This document shows positions 1 through 12,277 of a DNA stretch of 64,000 nucleotides, piece after piece. Source of the stretch: a virus (Duplodnaviria > Caudoviricetes); the IMG/VR virus record IMGVR_UViG_3300028591_000008, positions 32,001 to 96,000 of that record, one strand, 5' to 3'. How positions within the stretch are numbered: the first letter of the stretch is position 1; every line of letters starts with the position of its first letter. Under the pieces are notes generated by a model. It was not told where the DNA came from. It made no database searches and saw only the letters and a list, made by a program, of their open reading frames with translations. The translations under genes and the position numbers were made by a program.

Positions 1-3000
1 ATTGTAAATTTAATTGCTAATTCCTCTAATTTTTCAGATTTAAGTGGATGGATTGGAGCAGATCAAGATTTATCTTTCCGTATATCCCCTCCAATGAACG
101 ACGAAGTTGAAATTTCCAATTATAAGCCACAAAGTTTTTTAAAATTAAATAAAACCAATGCAGTAGCAGGTACATACGTTTATAATAGTGGTATACAAAG
201 TAATAGTCAGTATTTAAAAAATGGTTTTACCGTTGGAGAAAAATATATTTTTCGGGTTAAAATAAGAACGGGTTATGAACCAGCGCGTGGATACCATCAA
301 GTAAATAATGCATATGTTGAGCCAATAATACGAAGATATGGTAGTAATTATATTCCTTACGAAGGCACAAATGTCGATTTTTTTACTATTAATCAAATAG
401 AATCTGGCCCAGGTCATGATAATTGGTATGAATTTAAATTAACCTGTTGTCAGTCTTGTTCATATGATGAAATTATAAAGTTTCCTTATAAAATAGGTAT
501 ATTTCTTAAAGTAAAACAAAGTTGTTGGCTAGAAGATATTTAGTTTTTTAAAGAAGCATATGGTGAAGATGAAAACGGTAGACGAACTAGAGTAAACCCT
601 GGTGAAATGCAAACACAATCTATTGCTTAGCCAATTTGGAAATATTTTCTTACAAATTAGTCTAGTGACGTAACCAAAGATAGTTTAAAATATATTCATA
701 CCTCTTTAGAAGAATGGAGCGAAGCTATACCTGTTAATAACGGTTATGAAAAGTTTGGATCAATAACAATTAGCCAATCAAATCGTTTTAATATATTACA
801 AAGTATTGCAGAGACCTTTAAATGTTGGGTAACTTTTATTGTTGAGCATGATGAGTAGGGCCGTATTAAATTTGATGAAAATAATCTTCCTTGTAAATAT
901 GTATAGTTAAAATAGACCATTGGTGAAGATAATGGTATAACTTTTAAATATGGAATTGATTTACAAGGTATTAAACGAGATATAAAATCTTCTTCTATAT
1001 CTACAAAAACAATTGTCTCTCAAAATAATAATGAGTTCGGTAAGAATGGTTTTTGTTCAATCGCGCGCAGTACACAAAATTATCCACGAGAAAATTTCGT
1101 TTTAAATTTTGATTATTATATTAGACAAGGTTTACTAAATGGAAATGCATTAAATAATGATTTATATGGTGCGACTGGTTTATAGTATTATCGCAAGTTA
1201 CATAATTGGAATACTGAATATATAAATAATTTAGAAATTATTCTTAATAAAAAGAATGCACTTACTAAGCAAACTGCAACAGCAAAAGTTTATAAACAAT
1301 ATATTTCTGCTGCCCAGCAAGAAAAAGAAGATGTTGAAGATAATATTATGAAATTGTCTGGTGTGGATAGTTTTTCTGGTGCACAGGATTATATTAGGAG
1401 TCATTTTAATAATATTAAAGTATAGACTTTGATGAATAGTCGGTCTACTATTATAAATAATATAAATAGTTATTAGAATCTTTTAAATAGTGTAAATAGT
1501 AGTATTGATGTTTTAACTACAGTTATTAGTGAATATGAAACTAGACAAAAACAAATAATAGATGATTTATCAGCATTGAACGCAATGTTTTATAAAAAAT
1601 ATTCTCGGTATATTCAAGAAGGAACTTGGAGTTCAGAAGATTATTACAATGATGATCTATATTATTTGGATGCTTTATAGGTTGCATATACAAGCAGCCG
1701 GCCGCAAGTTAGTTATAATATAAATGTTATAAGACTTAGTGGTTTGGAAGAATTTAGTTCTAAGAAATTTAATCTTGGTGATATTTGCTATATTCAAGAT
1801 ACTGATTATTTTGGATATTTAGCAGATGGATTTACTCCATATAAAGAATCTATTTATGTTTCTGAAATAACATCTTATTTTGATAGTCCGGAAAGAGATG
1901 TAATTGTTGTACAAAACTATAAAACTTAGTTTGATGATTTGTTTCAAAGAATAACCGCGGCGACTCAATCGTTAGAATTTAACGAGGGAAAATACAATAA
2001 AACCGCAGATATTGTTAATACTGATGGCACAATTAAATCATCTGTAATTCAATCTACTTTTGATAGTAATAATGATTTAATATACGGCGCGCAGAATGAA
2101 TCTGTTACTATGGATAATACTGGTATTACTGTTACTACAAAAGATGACGCAGTAAGACAAGTAAAAGTTACTTCGGGCGGTTTGTTTGTTTCAAATGATG
2201 GCGGTATGACTTGGAAGAATGCTATACGTGGTGACGGCATTACTGCTGATGTAATTACTGCCGGATCATTGAATGTTGAATAGGTAACTATTTACGGAAA
2301 AGATTCTCCAAGTTTTCTGTGGGATGACAAAGGTATTAGTGCATTTGAAGTTAATAATAGTGGAACTAATTTTTCAAAATATGTACGATTTGATAAATAT
2401 GGTATTTATGGTATTAATAACAATTCCAACTTTTCCCCTACTAGTGAAAATGATGTTTATAATACGGCAAATTTTGGATTAACTTGGTCTAAATTCTTTA
2501 TGAAAAACAGTGATGGTAGTGGTAGGTCTATTGAAATTTCTACTGATAAAGACATAGTAGTAAAATCTAATAATATTAATCGAATTGTAATTGGACGAAT
2601 TGATCCAATATTAGAACCAAATAATTATGGAATGCAAGTTAGAAATGCAGCTGGAGATTTAATTTTCTAGTGCGATACAAATGGTTCAAATATTGCCGGA
2701 TGGTAGCTGGGTTCTTATAAAGAAAACGGAGTAGAACAATATAAATATTTAAAAAGTGGTAATATTGAAATGCGATCAGATGGATCGATTGGCTGTTTTG
2801 CATAGAGTGCTGATACTTTATAGGAATTTACATATAGAGTTACCACCACTAGTAGTTTTACTGCTACAAATATGAGAACTGGAGTTGATACACCCATAGA
2901 TCAAGGTGTTAATATTTTTGTTTTTAGTAGCTATATAGGAAATAGAGTTACTAGTAAAATTATAACAGAGGACTATAATTCAGCAGAGGATAATAATCCA

Positions 3001-3717
3001 GAGTCTCGACCATCTCCGCAGTCAACAATATAGTTTAGATATGATAATAAAAACTTTTTAATAGACGTTACTACTTGGACGAATACAATAGGGAAGACCA
3101 CCCATACTACTCAAGTTATACCAATAAGTCAAACTTAGAGTGATTATACCACCACTTATATATATCAATTTACCTTAACTGCAAAAATTGATTCTAATAA
3201 TATATTTTCAATTCCTTGGAATTATAATCCTCCGAATGGACCATATATTAAACCTAAATATATTCCTCCTGCAGATTTTAAATGGAGTATTGATTAGGAT
3301 GGTAACGCCATTTTCCATGATATTGTCGCGGATGGTGGAACTATAGCTGGGTGGTTTATTGATAATGAAAAAATTTATCAAACCGTTGATGGTACACGAG
3401 AAGGTGCAATTAAAACTTAGTTGAATTCTAAGGGAACTGCATCTCAAGGTGGACTTGATTATAGTATTATTACAGATGCAATTTAGTCTGCAATGGCAAC
3501 AATAGGAAATGTATAGTTAGCAAATGGATTGATTAATGGACAGGATATTGTTTAGTTAGCAAGTGCAGTATAGTATGCAGTAAATTTAGCACAATCTGCA
3601 TATAATAAAGCTGATTCAATTGATTTAAGTGGTTATGTACCCAAAACTTGGATTACAAGTATTTATAGTTCACACTCTCATAGAGTCAACGGTGACTCTA
3701 CTAGTGGTCCTATTTAA
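1..3717 (+). CDS. Large tail/host-specificity structural protein, 5' end outside window (TAG=Gln read-through)
   Basis: Frame 1 is open from base 1 to TAA at 3715-3717 if TAG is read through (more than 20 in-frame TAGs, e.g. 541, 628, 1927, 2281). Joins track ORFs 94..543, 1744..1929 and 1939..2283. Contains the tail-protein-like segment GGLFVSNDGGMTWKNAIRGDGITADVITAGSL. Confidence 0.8.
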
Positions 3718-3718
3718 A

Positions 3719-3750
3719 ATAAAAGCAGGTATTTCTACCTGCTTTTTATT
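3719..3750. terminator. Bidirectional intrinsic terminator
   Basis: AAAAGCAGGTA-TTTC-TACCTGCTTTTT hairpin between convergent genes. Confidence 0.75.
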
Positions 3751-4102
3751 TTACCATATATTGAATCCCTTCAATATCTTCCATATTTAATTCATATCCT
3801 TCTAGTTCTTCTAATGGAATCTTCATAATCTCAATATCACTTTCAATATCCATTAACTCATTAATTTTCTAATTTACTTCTTCTACATTTTCTTTTAAAA
3901 TAACTATATCCCCTTGCTTATCTTTTGTCCCATACTCCATTAGAATTTTCTAACGCAAGTCATAAATTATTTTTGCTTCTTGCTAAAGCTTTTCTTTATT
4001 TTTTAATAAGGCGTATCCAACCGAAACTTTTAATTTTAAACTTTTATCCTAACTAATTCTACTTATAGTTTCATAAAGTTCTAATATTTCACCATTTTTC
4101 AA
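3746..4102 (-). CDS. Hypothetical protein, 118 aa (TAG read-through)
   Basis: GGAGG RBS, TTG start, MKNGEILELYETISRISQDK..., ends TAA; several in-frame TAGs; absent from ORF track. Confidence 0.7.
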
Positions 4103-4104
4103 TT

Positions 4105-4830
4105 TTACTCTGCCTCCCAATCAACTATTTCTACTTTAGGAGACTATATATCACTAAAGTATTTCCCTATACCAATTGCATCGCATTCATCTTCTGTTGG
4201 CTATAAATTAAACCATTCTTTAACAAGTCGCTACATACTTCTTTTCCTATCAGGTCTTGATTTTCCCTTTACACCACAATGTGCACGCCAAGTATTTGTT
4301 GGAGCAATCTTATAGCTAATCTTTTCTTCATAGCAAGTGGCCGCGAGAATACCTTGAAGGCGCGCGAGGGTCTCAAAAGTAGTAACACCTGCGGCAGTCT
4401 AATATTGAATTCCCTCTAATCCAACAAAATCTATTTCATACTAGTCAATTAAAGAGATTAACCACTACTTTACCTATACACTTCTTTCAATATCATTTTC
4501 TCCAGAAGTTTCAAAAGTTCCATAATCAATTAGATTTTTATTATTAAAAACTGCATAACCACTTACATGTGTTGCCTAATCTAAAGCAAGAATGCGGTAT
4601 TCTCCTTTTTTCTTTTTGGTATTTTTAAATTCTTTGGTTTTTAAGCGCTCGCGCATGCAAGTTGGACAAATACGATTATCTCGAATTTTTTTCCAAGGGG
4701 CCACAACAGTGTGGCCCCTATCACATTTAAATTCTAAGTTAGAGTCGAGATTCTAATATGTTTCGCTTATCAGTGTCCATCCATCAGCTGATATACTATT
4801 TTTAATCTCGTCAATACTTATGCGGGCCAT
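4105..4830 (-). CDS. RuvC-like Holliday junction resolvase with N-terminal Zn-finger-like region (TAG read-through)
   Basis: ILALD[TAG=Q]ATHVSGYAV, VGLEGIQY, TLARLQG and EDECDAIGIG motifs of the RuvC fold; N-terminal C..GH and CPTC; start overlaps dUTPase stop. Confidence 0.8.
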
Positions 4831-5726
4831 TACATCACCCCAGTACTACCAAAGCCCGCGCCATGATCGTCTTTAAAGCCACCGAGAGAATTAACTTGCC
4901 GCCACTTTATACGAGGTACTTCAATAAGGCGAAGTTGCGCGAAGCGTTCACCCTTACCAATTGTAATTGGGCCACCATATTCTTTAACAAGTTCAAGGTG
5001 ATCAGAGGGATTGTAAATATCTACATCTTTCACATGAATATCTGTATTCTCAACAATCACGCCAATCTCTTCATGATAATCTTCATCAATAAGACCAGGA
5101 CTATTAGGAATTCGCATTTTCATGCGCGCGCTCATACCAGAACGAGGTTGAATAAGTAGAGCATATCCATGTGGAATTGCTACTTTAATACCAATAGGAA
5201 TAATTACTGTCTTCCCGCAATCAATAGTGTATTCTTCTGGTGAATAAATATCCATGGCGGCCGCGCCATTTGTAGAATACGTAGGAAGCTTTGCATTTTC
5301 TCTACAGAGTTCCACTGGAATTTCTACTATATGCGCGGGATTAATAGTGGAAGAAGCAATTGAATTTGCAGCAGCAGCAAATAGAAATCTAATAAAATCC
5401 TTTTTAGACTCACTAAGATTAGTTTCGCCAGAAGCAAAAACTTGATCAATAACTTCGTCACTAGCATTTATAATATCATTGACAGAAAGCCCGGCTTGAC
5501 CCATTAATTTTATAAGTTGCATTTGTGCTTGTGGATCATCATAAGCTTTAGCCATAGTTTCTTGAAAAATTGGACGAATTATTTCAAATTCTTCATCAGG
5601 TACACTAAGTAAGGCAGCAAAAAGATCCATACCACTAGCTTCGGGATTACTAAGAGCTTCATCAAGAATTCCTAAACTTTCAAGGCTTAGCTAATCAAAA
5701 GCTTTACTAACATCATTCTCATTCAT
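4830..5726 (-). CDS. dut: Trimeric dUTPase with long N-terminal extension
   Basis: AAMDI, PRSG, PGLIDEDYHEEIGV, RFAQL and GFGSTG motifs; start extended from 5630 to ATG 5726 through one TAG (5691-5693). Confidence 0.9.
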
Positions 5727-5937
5727 CTTCCCATACCTCACCAAAAATCTTTGTCGCGGTTACAATCCAAGCTTCGGCGATTACTTCTCCTTTTGCTTTT
5801 TTAGTTTTATATTTGTAACCATTTGCACCGAGAGTATATCCTTCTTTATTTTGATTTGCACGCAAATCGCTGAGGGCTTGAATAGCTTCTTCTTCACTAT
5901 ATGCTTTAAATTCTTCCGTAACTTTAAGTTTTCTCAT
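5719..5937 (-). CDS. Hypothetical protein, 72 aa
   Basis: ORF track; AAGGAG RBS; tightly packed in operon. Confidence 0.7.
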   Translation of the reverse strand: MRKLKVTEEFKAYSEEEAIQALSDLRANQNKEGYTLGANGYKYKTKKAKGEVIAEAWIVTATKIFGEVWEDE

Positions 5938-5950
5938 TTATTTACTCCTT

Positions 5951-6220
5951 TTACTCAACTGAATTATGTGCTTCACAGGTTATCTGAATTGGGTTAGGAA
6001 TGTCACCTGGTGTTGTGGTTATATTTGGATTTATTTCTTTATTCCCAAGATAGGTTATAGTGGGACTGCTCCACCAATTAGAATGATTGCTAGAAACACC
6101 TTTATTATAACCATCATTATAGCCCTAGTCATAAGCTTCTCTTAAGAAATTTTCAAATTCTTTCTTAGTTAGAGCAATCTTATCAGTATTTTCATTTATA
6201 TAAACTACAAAAGGTTTCAT
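5951..6220 (-). CDS. Hypothetical protein, 89 aa (TAG read-through)
   Basis: MKPFVVYINE...EAYD[Q]GYNDG...; ATG overlaps permease stop; fills operon gap. Confidence 0.65.
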
Positions 6221-7440
6221 ATTTTTTTCTCCCGTAAAATAAGATTTAAAATAACTCCTGTAACAAGTGCTAACGCCGTACCACTTAAATTAAATACTTC
6301 GCCACCAAGAACTACTCCGCTAATTCCTAATGATAATACTACAGAACAAATAATTAAATTCTTTTGATTATTAAAATCAACATTTTTCAAAAGACGAATA
6401 CCGCTTGAACTAATAAAACCATATAGCACGCAAGCAGTACCGCCGCCAATAACACAAGAAGGAATTGAAGCTATAAATGCTTGTACTGGTTCAAAGAAAC
6501 CAAGCGCCATCATCATAAGTGCTGCGACAAATGTAACTTTAGTTGAAGCGCATTTACTAAATCCGACTGCAGCCACGCCCTCACCGTAAGAACAAGCACC
6601 TAAACCACCAAATAAACTAGTGGCTAAATTAGCGGCACCCTCACCTACAAAAATTCTTCCAAGACCAGGCTCTTTATATAGATCTACTCCAATAATGCCA
6701 CCAAGCGCGGCGTGATCACTTAAACATTCACAAATAGCACTAATTGTAAAAGCTATATACATAATAATTATAGGAATAATTGATTTATCTACTTTATGCA
6801 TATTCATAAAAGCAAAAGTTGGAACATTAATTAAATGAATATTATTAAATACAGAAAAATCAACAAGTCCAAAAGGAATTGCAACTATATAACCAACTAA
6901 AGTACCGATTAAGAATGGAAACATAGCCAGCGCGCCCTTAAAGTAATGACTTGAAATTGCAATTGCTAATACTGTAATTAATGCAATTATCAATCCAATA
7001 TTACCTGTGTCGCCAATATATCCAGGAATAAAACTCATTAAGTTAATACCAATTACAACAGTTACTGAACCAATTAGAACTCTTGGCATTACTTTATATA
7101 AATTATCTACTGAAATATAATTAAAAATTAATCCAAAAATAATATATACAATACAACTAATAGCGCCACCGATGGCTACTGCTGTATATCCTCCAACCGC
7201 GAGTGCTGCAAGAACTGGAGCTACAAAAGCGCCACTATTTGAGATAAACATCGGAGATTTGCCTTTAGTTACCAGCCAATAAACAATAGTTGCCAATCCA
7301 GCTCCAAAGAAAGCGCCAGAAAGTGGGACGCCGCATACTTGTGCGATAAGAGCTGTTGCTGTAAAGCAACTAAGCATTACCTAAAGAGAAAACAATAACA
7401 ATTTTCCAATTGGTGGCTTATCATTTATATTATATATCAT
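6217..7440 (-). CDS. NCS2-family nucleobase (uracil/xanthine) permease
   Basis: Many hydrophobic segments, SNSGAF and SYGEG motifs like UraA/PyrP; N-terminus MIYNINDKPPIGKLLLFSL[Q]V restored through TAG at 7381-7383, the position of the NCS2 TM1 Gln. Confidence 0.85.
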
Positions 7441-8024
7441 TATTCATTCCTCCAAAACTTTTCATATTCTTCCATACTCATTTTTGTCTCTTTAAGAAGT
7501 TCAGTAATACCATAATTATTTAGCATCCATTCTTTAATAGCTTTAATTGCATCTTCAATATTAGATACTAACATACCATATTCTTTAATCAAACCAGTAA
7601 CATAAAGATTTTGGTAGCTGTACTGCTGTTCTCCAAGACTCGCAGCGCCGCCGTTATCTTTTGCTTCACTATGAGTAAGCGCGCATTGTCGATTATCGGT
7701 ACAAATTCCAACTATATATTTAATATCGCCACGAGCAATTTTTTCATGAAATTTACCAATTTCGGCACACGTACCTGCAGGAAGTACATCACCATCAATA
7801 CAAGCAATTAATATATCTGTATTATCAAGACGCTTATTATCCGCAGCTGCAATTTCTTTGCTACCTGCAAATTTTTTCTTTCCTTCTACTCCATTAATAT
7901 CAGTATTTTCTACTGGGCTATATAAATCAATGTTAGGAAAGGCATTTCGAATTTTCATCGCCCATTCTGTATTTCGTAGAAGATCACCATAAGTAAAAAT
8001 AGGACCTGCTAAGTATGCTTTCAT
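7440..8024 (-). CDS. Nucleoside 2-deoxyribosyltransferase-family protein
   Basis: YLAGPIF, YSPVEN, DILIACIDG and GTCAEIG motifs. Confidence 0.75.
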   Translation of the reverse strand: MKAYLAGPIFTYGDLLRNTEWAMKIRNAFPNIDLYSPVENTDINGVEGKKKFAGSKEIAAADNKRLDNTDILIACIDGDVLPAGTCAEIGKFHEKIARGDIKYIVGICTDNRQCALTHSEAKDNGGAASLGEQQYSYQNLYVTGLIKEYGMLVSNIEDAIKAIKEWMLNNYGITELLKETKMSMEEYEKFWRNE

Positions 8025-8027
8025 ATT

Positions 8028-9233
8028 TTACTCCTTTATTAATTCTTCTGTTTTTTCATAAATGGTTTCATTAGTAATTAAATCAAATATATAATATTCA
8101 TTATCTTCAACTACCAAATGAAGAATATAATTTTTAATATTTTCAAAATCTGTCTTTAAGTCTAATGATTCAATTACAGTTTCAATTAAAGTCATATCTA
8201 TTTCTTCATCATTAGCTTTTTTGTTAGATTCGTTAATAAACTCTTCAGTTACATTATATTTTACTTCAATTGCAAATTCATCAGCATTAATTTCATATGA
8301 CTCTAGATAGTTTTCTTGAATATATTCAGTTTTTTCTTCTTCAGCTTTTAGGCGTTCTTCCTCATAATGTTTTAAAATATCTTCAAAATATTCTTCTACT
8401 TGCTGAGCAAAAATATCTTCATCTGTTATTTCATACTCAGGACTCGGAACCGGGGTATCCGTGGGCTCAGGAATAGGTTCAGTAGTCACTATAGGAGTAG
8501 GCTCAATGGTAGGTTCTGGAGTTGATGTAGGTTCTACTGTGGGAATTGGGGTAGGTTCTATAGTGGGTACTGGAGTAGGCTCAATGGTGGGGATAGGAGT
8601 CGGTTCTACTGTAGGTATTGGAGTAAGAGTGGGTTCTACTGTAGGAGCAGGGGTGGGAATTGGAGTTGGAGTTGGAGTTGGATGAAGAGCAGGTATAACA
8701 GAAATTAAAGCAGCTTTGGTACTAACACTTCCAACATTATTACTATAACGACAATAGACCCACCAACCGTTTAAGCCATATACTACATTTTTTAGATGCA
8801 ATGTACTATACATTCCGTCAATAATTTCTACAGTTGGAAATATCTCTTGTGCAGCTTGATAAGCTAAATCAGTTTTACCATCTGGGCTCACAAAATGCCA
8901 TACCGCGATTGTTGCATTTTCATATTTAGCAACGAAATAACACTCTCCGCCTTCTTGTACAACCTCATCAGTGGGACTCTTCGTAATAATAGGTAGAGAA
9001 GGAGTTGGTATTACCGTTGGAGTTGGTTTTTGAGTTGGCACTGGCGTAGGTGTAGGCGTAGGTATCGCAGTTGGTTTAGGGGTTATCACAGGAAAAGGAG
9101 ATGTAGTTGGTGTTGGAGTGACTTCAATTGTTGGGGTTGGAGTCACTTCTATATTAGGTGTTTTTTTCTATCCACATCCCATAAAAGAAAAACAACAGGC
9201 GATTACCAAAAAATAAATAATTATTTTTTTCAT
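8028..9233 (-). CDS. Lipoprotein with Pro/Thr-rich repeats flanking an Ig-like domain
   Basis: Signal peptide MKKIIIYFLVIACCFSFMG-C restored through TAG at 9168-9170; PTPTP and TVEPTPIP repeats; central beta-rich domain; acidic C-terminus. Confidence 0.75.
8445..8680 (-). repeat. Coding tandem repeat (24-nt PTPIPTVE-type units)
   Basis: Repeated PTVEPTPI/PTIEPTPV units in the translation. Confidence 0.8.
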
Positions 9234-9291
9234 ATTATTACCTCTTATTATATTCAAAATTTTATAATAAAACTCTTCCATTTCTATATAT

Positions 9292-9320
9292 ATTATATCA
9301 CAAATGGAAGAGAAAATCAA
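9292..9320 (-). promoter_or_regulatory. Sigma70/SigA-like promoter
   Basis: TTGATT-N17-TATAAT with TG extension, upstream of lipoprotein-to-resolvase operon. Confidence 0.6.
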
Positions 9321-9322
9321 AT

Positions 9323-9871
9323 TTACGGTTCAAGATATTTAATTTTTTTATTTAATTCTCTTGCCCACTCAATTTCATTTTTAGTGGACTCACCGATATA
9401 TCCATTTGGATTAATAACAAAAATCATATCAGACATTTCAATTTTTGCTTTATGCATTTCGTCTAATTTTTCTTTTGTTCCTTCTTCCCAAACTTCATTA
9501 TCGCCAGAATGTCCAAACAAACCAACACTTAATACTATATATCCCTCAAGTGTTAATTTCTTTTGAACTTCTAAAAATTCATCCTTAAATTTGGTGCTGC
9601 CGCATAAAGTAACTATTGGGTACTTTTTTACTTTATAATATCTACCACAATGACAAAATCCAGCGTGGTTTTGTTCTTTAAATTCCTTACACATACAACG
9701 CGTTTCTGGAATTTTTTCAATCGCGCAACAACAATATCCATCATTATCTTTTATAGCTTCTTCAATTTGTTTGCGATGAATAAAATCAGGATTTGGTAAA
9801 ATCTCATACTCATCTTTATTACTGATTCGCATAGCTTTTATTTTCTCCACAATTTGTTCCTAAATATTCAA
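9323..9871 (-). CDS. Ferredoxin-thioredoxin reductase catalytic-subunit-like domain fused to a DUF4406/deoxyribosyltransferase-like domain
   Basis: GYCCC...CMCKEF...CHCGRYYK Cys pattern of the FTR beta chain; C-terminal TLCGSTKF...YIGESTKNEIEWA; likely TTG start at 9871 via TAG at codon 4. Confidence 0.65.
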
Positions 9872-9881
9872 AAATATCGCC

Positions 9882-10355
9882 TCAACATATATTTTTTGCA
9901 TACTGATTATTAGAAGCTAACTCTACTCCTAAAATAGTATCAAATATATGTGGAGAATTTGGCATAAACCTTCCAAATTTTACAATAATATTATCTAATT
10001 GAGATAAAAATTCTATTTTATCTTGAACTTCTTCTTCTTTATAACCAGTATAAATTATAATTGGATCTTTTGAGAATCCGCGAAAAACACAAATAAAGCT
10101 CCATAGATCATCCCAACTATCAAAAGGTTCAAGGCCACCGCAGACAATTGCATGAGTTAAAGAATTGTTTAAATATCTTTGTACTACATCTATACTTCTA
10201 ATTTCAACTTCTGGCTCATGTGCGAGCGCTGAATTTTGACATATCTCGCGCCCGCACTCTTTGTCGCATTTAAAAGTACAGTTGGGAAAGATTAGAAACA
10301 TGGATGGATTTTTATAATTACATATATCGTAGTCATTTAAGCCCTTAAGTTTCAT
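9882..10355 (-). CDS. nrdG: Anaerobic RNR activating enzyme (radical SAM)
   Basis: CTFKCDKEC...CQN, GGLEPFD and YTGY motifs; adjacent to nrdD. Confidence 0.85.
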   Translation of the reverse strand: MKLKGLNDYDICNYKNPSMFLIFPNCTFKCDKECGREICQNSALAHEPEVEIRSIDVVQRYLNNSLTHAIVCGGLEPFDSWDDLWSFICVFRGFSKDPIIIYTGYKEEEVQDKIEFLSQLDNIIVKFGRFMPNSPHIFDTILGVELASNNQYAKNIC

Positions 10356-12277
10356 GCATCTGCTCCTTTTTCATTTAAAGGCATCCATTCACGTAGTTTA
10401 AATTCTGCTTTACGCTCTTTAGAATAGGTTTTGGTTGGAGTATAAAAACCAACTATTCTTGTATACTCAGTTTCAACCGGTTCTCCACAAACTGGACATA
10501 CCTTGCCATAAAAACTGTGATAATTTTTACATTGCGCGACTTTACCATTAAAAGCAAAATATGTTACACCCTGTGCTGCAACCCAATTTAGCATTTCCCA
10601 AGCTTGCTCAAATGTTGAGAATGGAGCATCAACATTAATATGTTCAATTGACCCACCATTACAGTAAGAATCAAATGCGGCGCAGATTTTGGTACGTTCG
10701 AGAATTGTTGCTTTAATTCCAAGTGGAATCCATTGGTTCCCATAAAGAGGAAGATCTTCTACAACTTTATCGGGGTAAAGGAATTTATCCGCGGCTTGCA
10801 TTTTCGCGGCGGCCTGTTCGGCTGGGACTTGCTCGATATTAAACTTATAGTTCTTATCAAGTGAGAAATTATCAATGCAATTACGAATCACTTGGAAGAT
10901 GCGGCGGCCAAGCGAATAAGCTTCATCTATATAATAAGTGTTACCAAATTCATCAACTTTGGTATAACCAAAAGTCTTCATAGCTTCATAAATACCATTT
11001 ACACCAATTGTTGAATATAAATGTTCAAAATCTACAAGACCAGAAGAAAAGCTAGGCAGTAGACCTTTCTCAACATTTCTAGTAATTATATCACGCTGAA
11101 CGTCAAGGATCTTTAGATTAAGTTCAGTAAGATTACGAAGCCGCACTAAAAATTCCTGCTCAGTTTTACTCTGATAAGCCAGGCGCGCGATATTTAAGGT
11201 AGAAACTTTAACAGAGCCGACTTTTAGTGCAGAACCGCCAATGGAATTAAAGTATAGATCAGTTACATCCGACTTGAGACGGCAGCAATTAGAAAGACTA
11301 TTAACTGTACTATCAGTAAAGAAATTGAAGAGGTTCCATTTGCGGCTAGCTTCACATGCCCAGCGTGCGAATTCATCATCAACAAATTCATTATTTACAT
11401 ACAAAAGTGAAGCCGTAAGAACTGGGAATGTAAAGATATTTTCTTCTCTAATTTCGTTTACAACATCAATAAAGTCTTTCTGGAACTGAATAATTTCTTC
11501 TTCTTCATCAATCATTAGTTCTCCATCAGGGAATATTGAGCCGCCAAAAATAGCCTCAAAATAGGGATGATCAAATACACTCACATTGGTAAAAGCTGCT
11601 TGATCTGTACGCACCCAAGGTTGGTTAAGACGATAGATAAGTGCTTGAAGTTGTTGGTGTTTATAAGTTTCTGGATCTTTAGTATAATAGCCAGCTTTTA
11701 CATCACGACTCCAAAAATAATAAAGATAAGGAATGAGGTTGGGTAAACCGACTGCGCCACTTTGACGGCGGCTGAGCCATGCGATTCCTTCCATTAGAAT
11801 TTGGATAAAGCTATCAAGGTGCTTCGCGGGCTTGGCATTATAATTCTCAATGAAAAATAGACCGCGTTCAACAATATCTTTAATATCATAAGCAAAACAA
11901 TAATGATAAAAAGTAGAAGTATTAAAATCATGCATATAAAGTGCATAGTTCCACATAGCTTCCATAGCTTCATTTGCTGTTTTAAAACCATACTTTTTAT
12001 TTAATTCATAATAAAGCTTATTAAAAGCAAGAAGCTTTTGATGTGGTTTTGACATTTCTGATAATAGAGTCACAATATCTTTTTGTGCGATATTAGCATT
12101 AGCATCTACAGATGCATTTGCCACATTATCAGAGTCAATAAAACCTTCAATAAAATCTGTAAGGCTTAACTTTTCATCATCAAGTCCTTGGAGTTTAAGG
12201 AATTCTTCTCCATATGTCTCAGCCATTTTATTAAACTGAGTCTAAAAATTCTTCTTTGTTCTAATATTTATATTCAT
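10352..12277 (-). CDS. nrdD: Class III (anaerobic) ribonucleotide reductase, no ATP cone
   Basis: SNCCRL finger loop, TFPVLT, CPVCG and YTRIVGFY glycyl-radical motif; start extended to 12277 through one TAG (12242-12244). Confidence 0.92.

Noticed and set aside
1-4830. Fragmented ORFs read as pseudogenes or sequencing errors
   Set aside because: The interruptions are in-frame TAG only, without frameshifts, and fall at conserved Gln sites, which indicates recoding.
8445-9146. CRISPR-like repeat array
   Set aside because: The repeats are degenerate coding Pro/Thr units without unique spacers.
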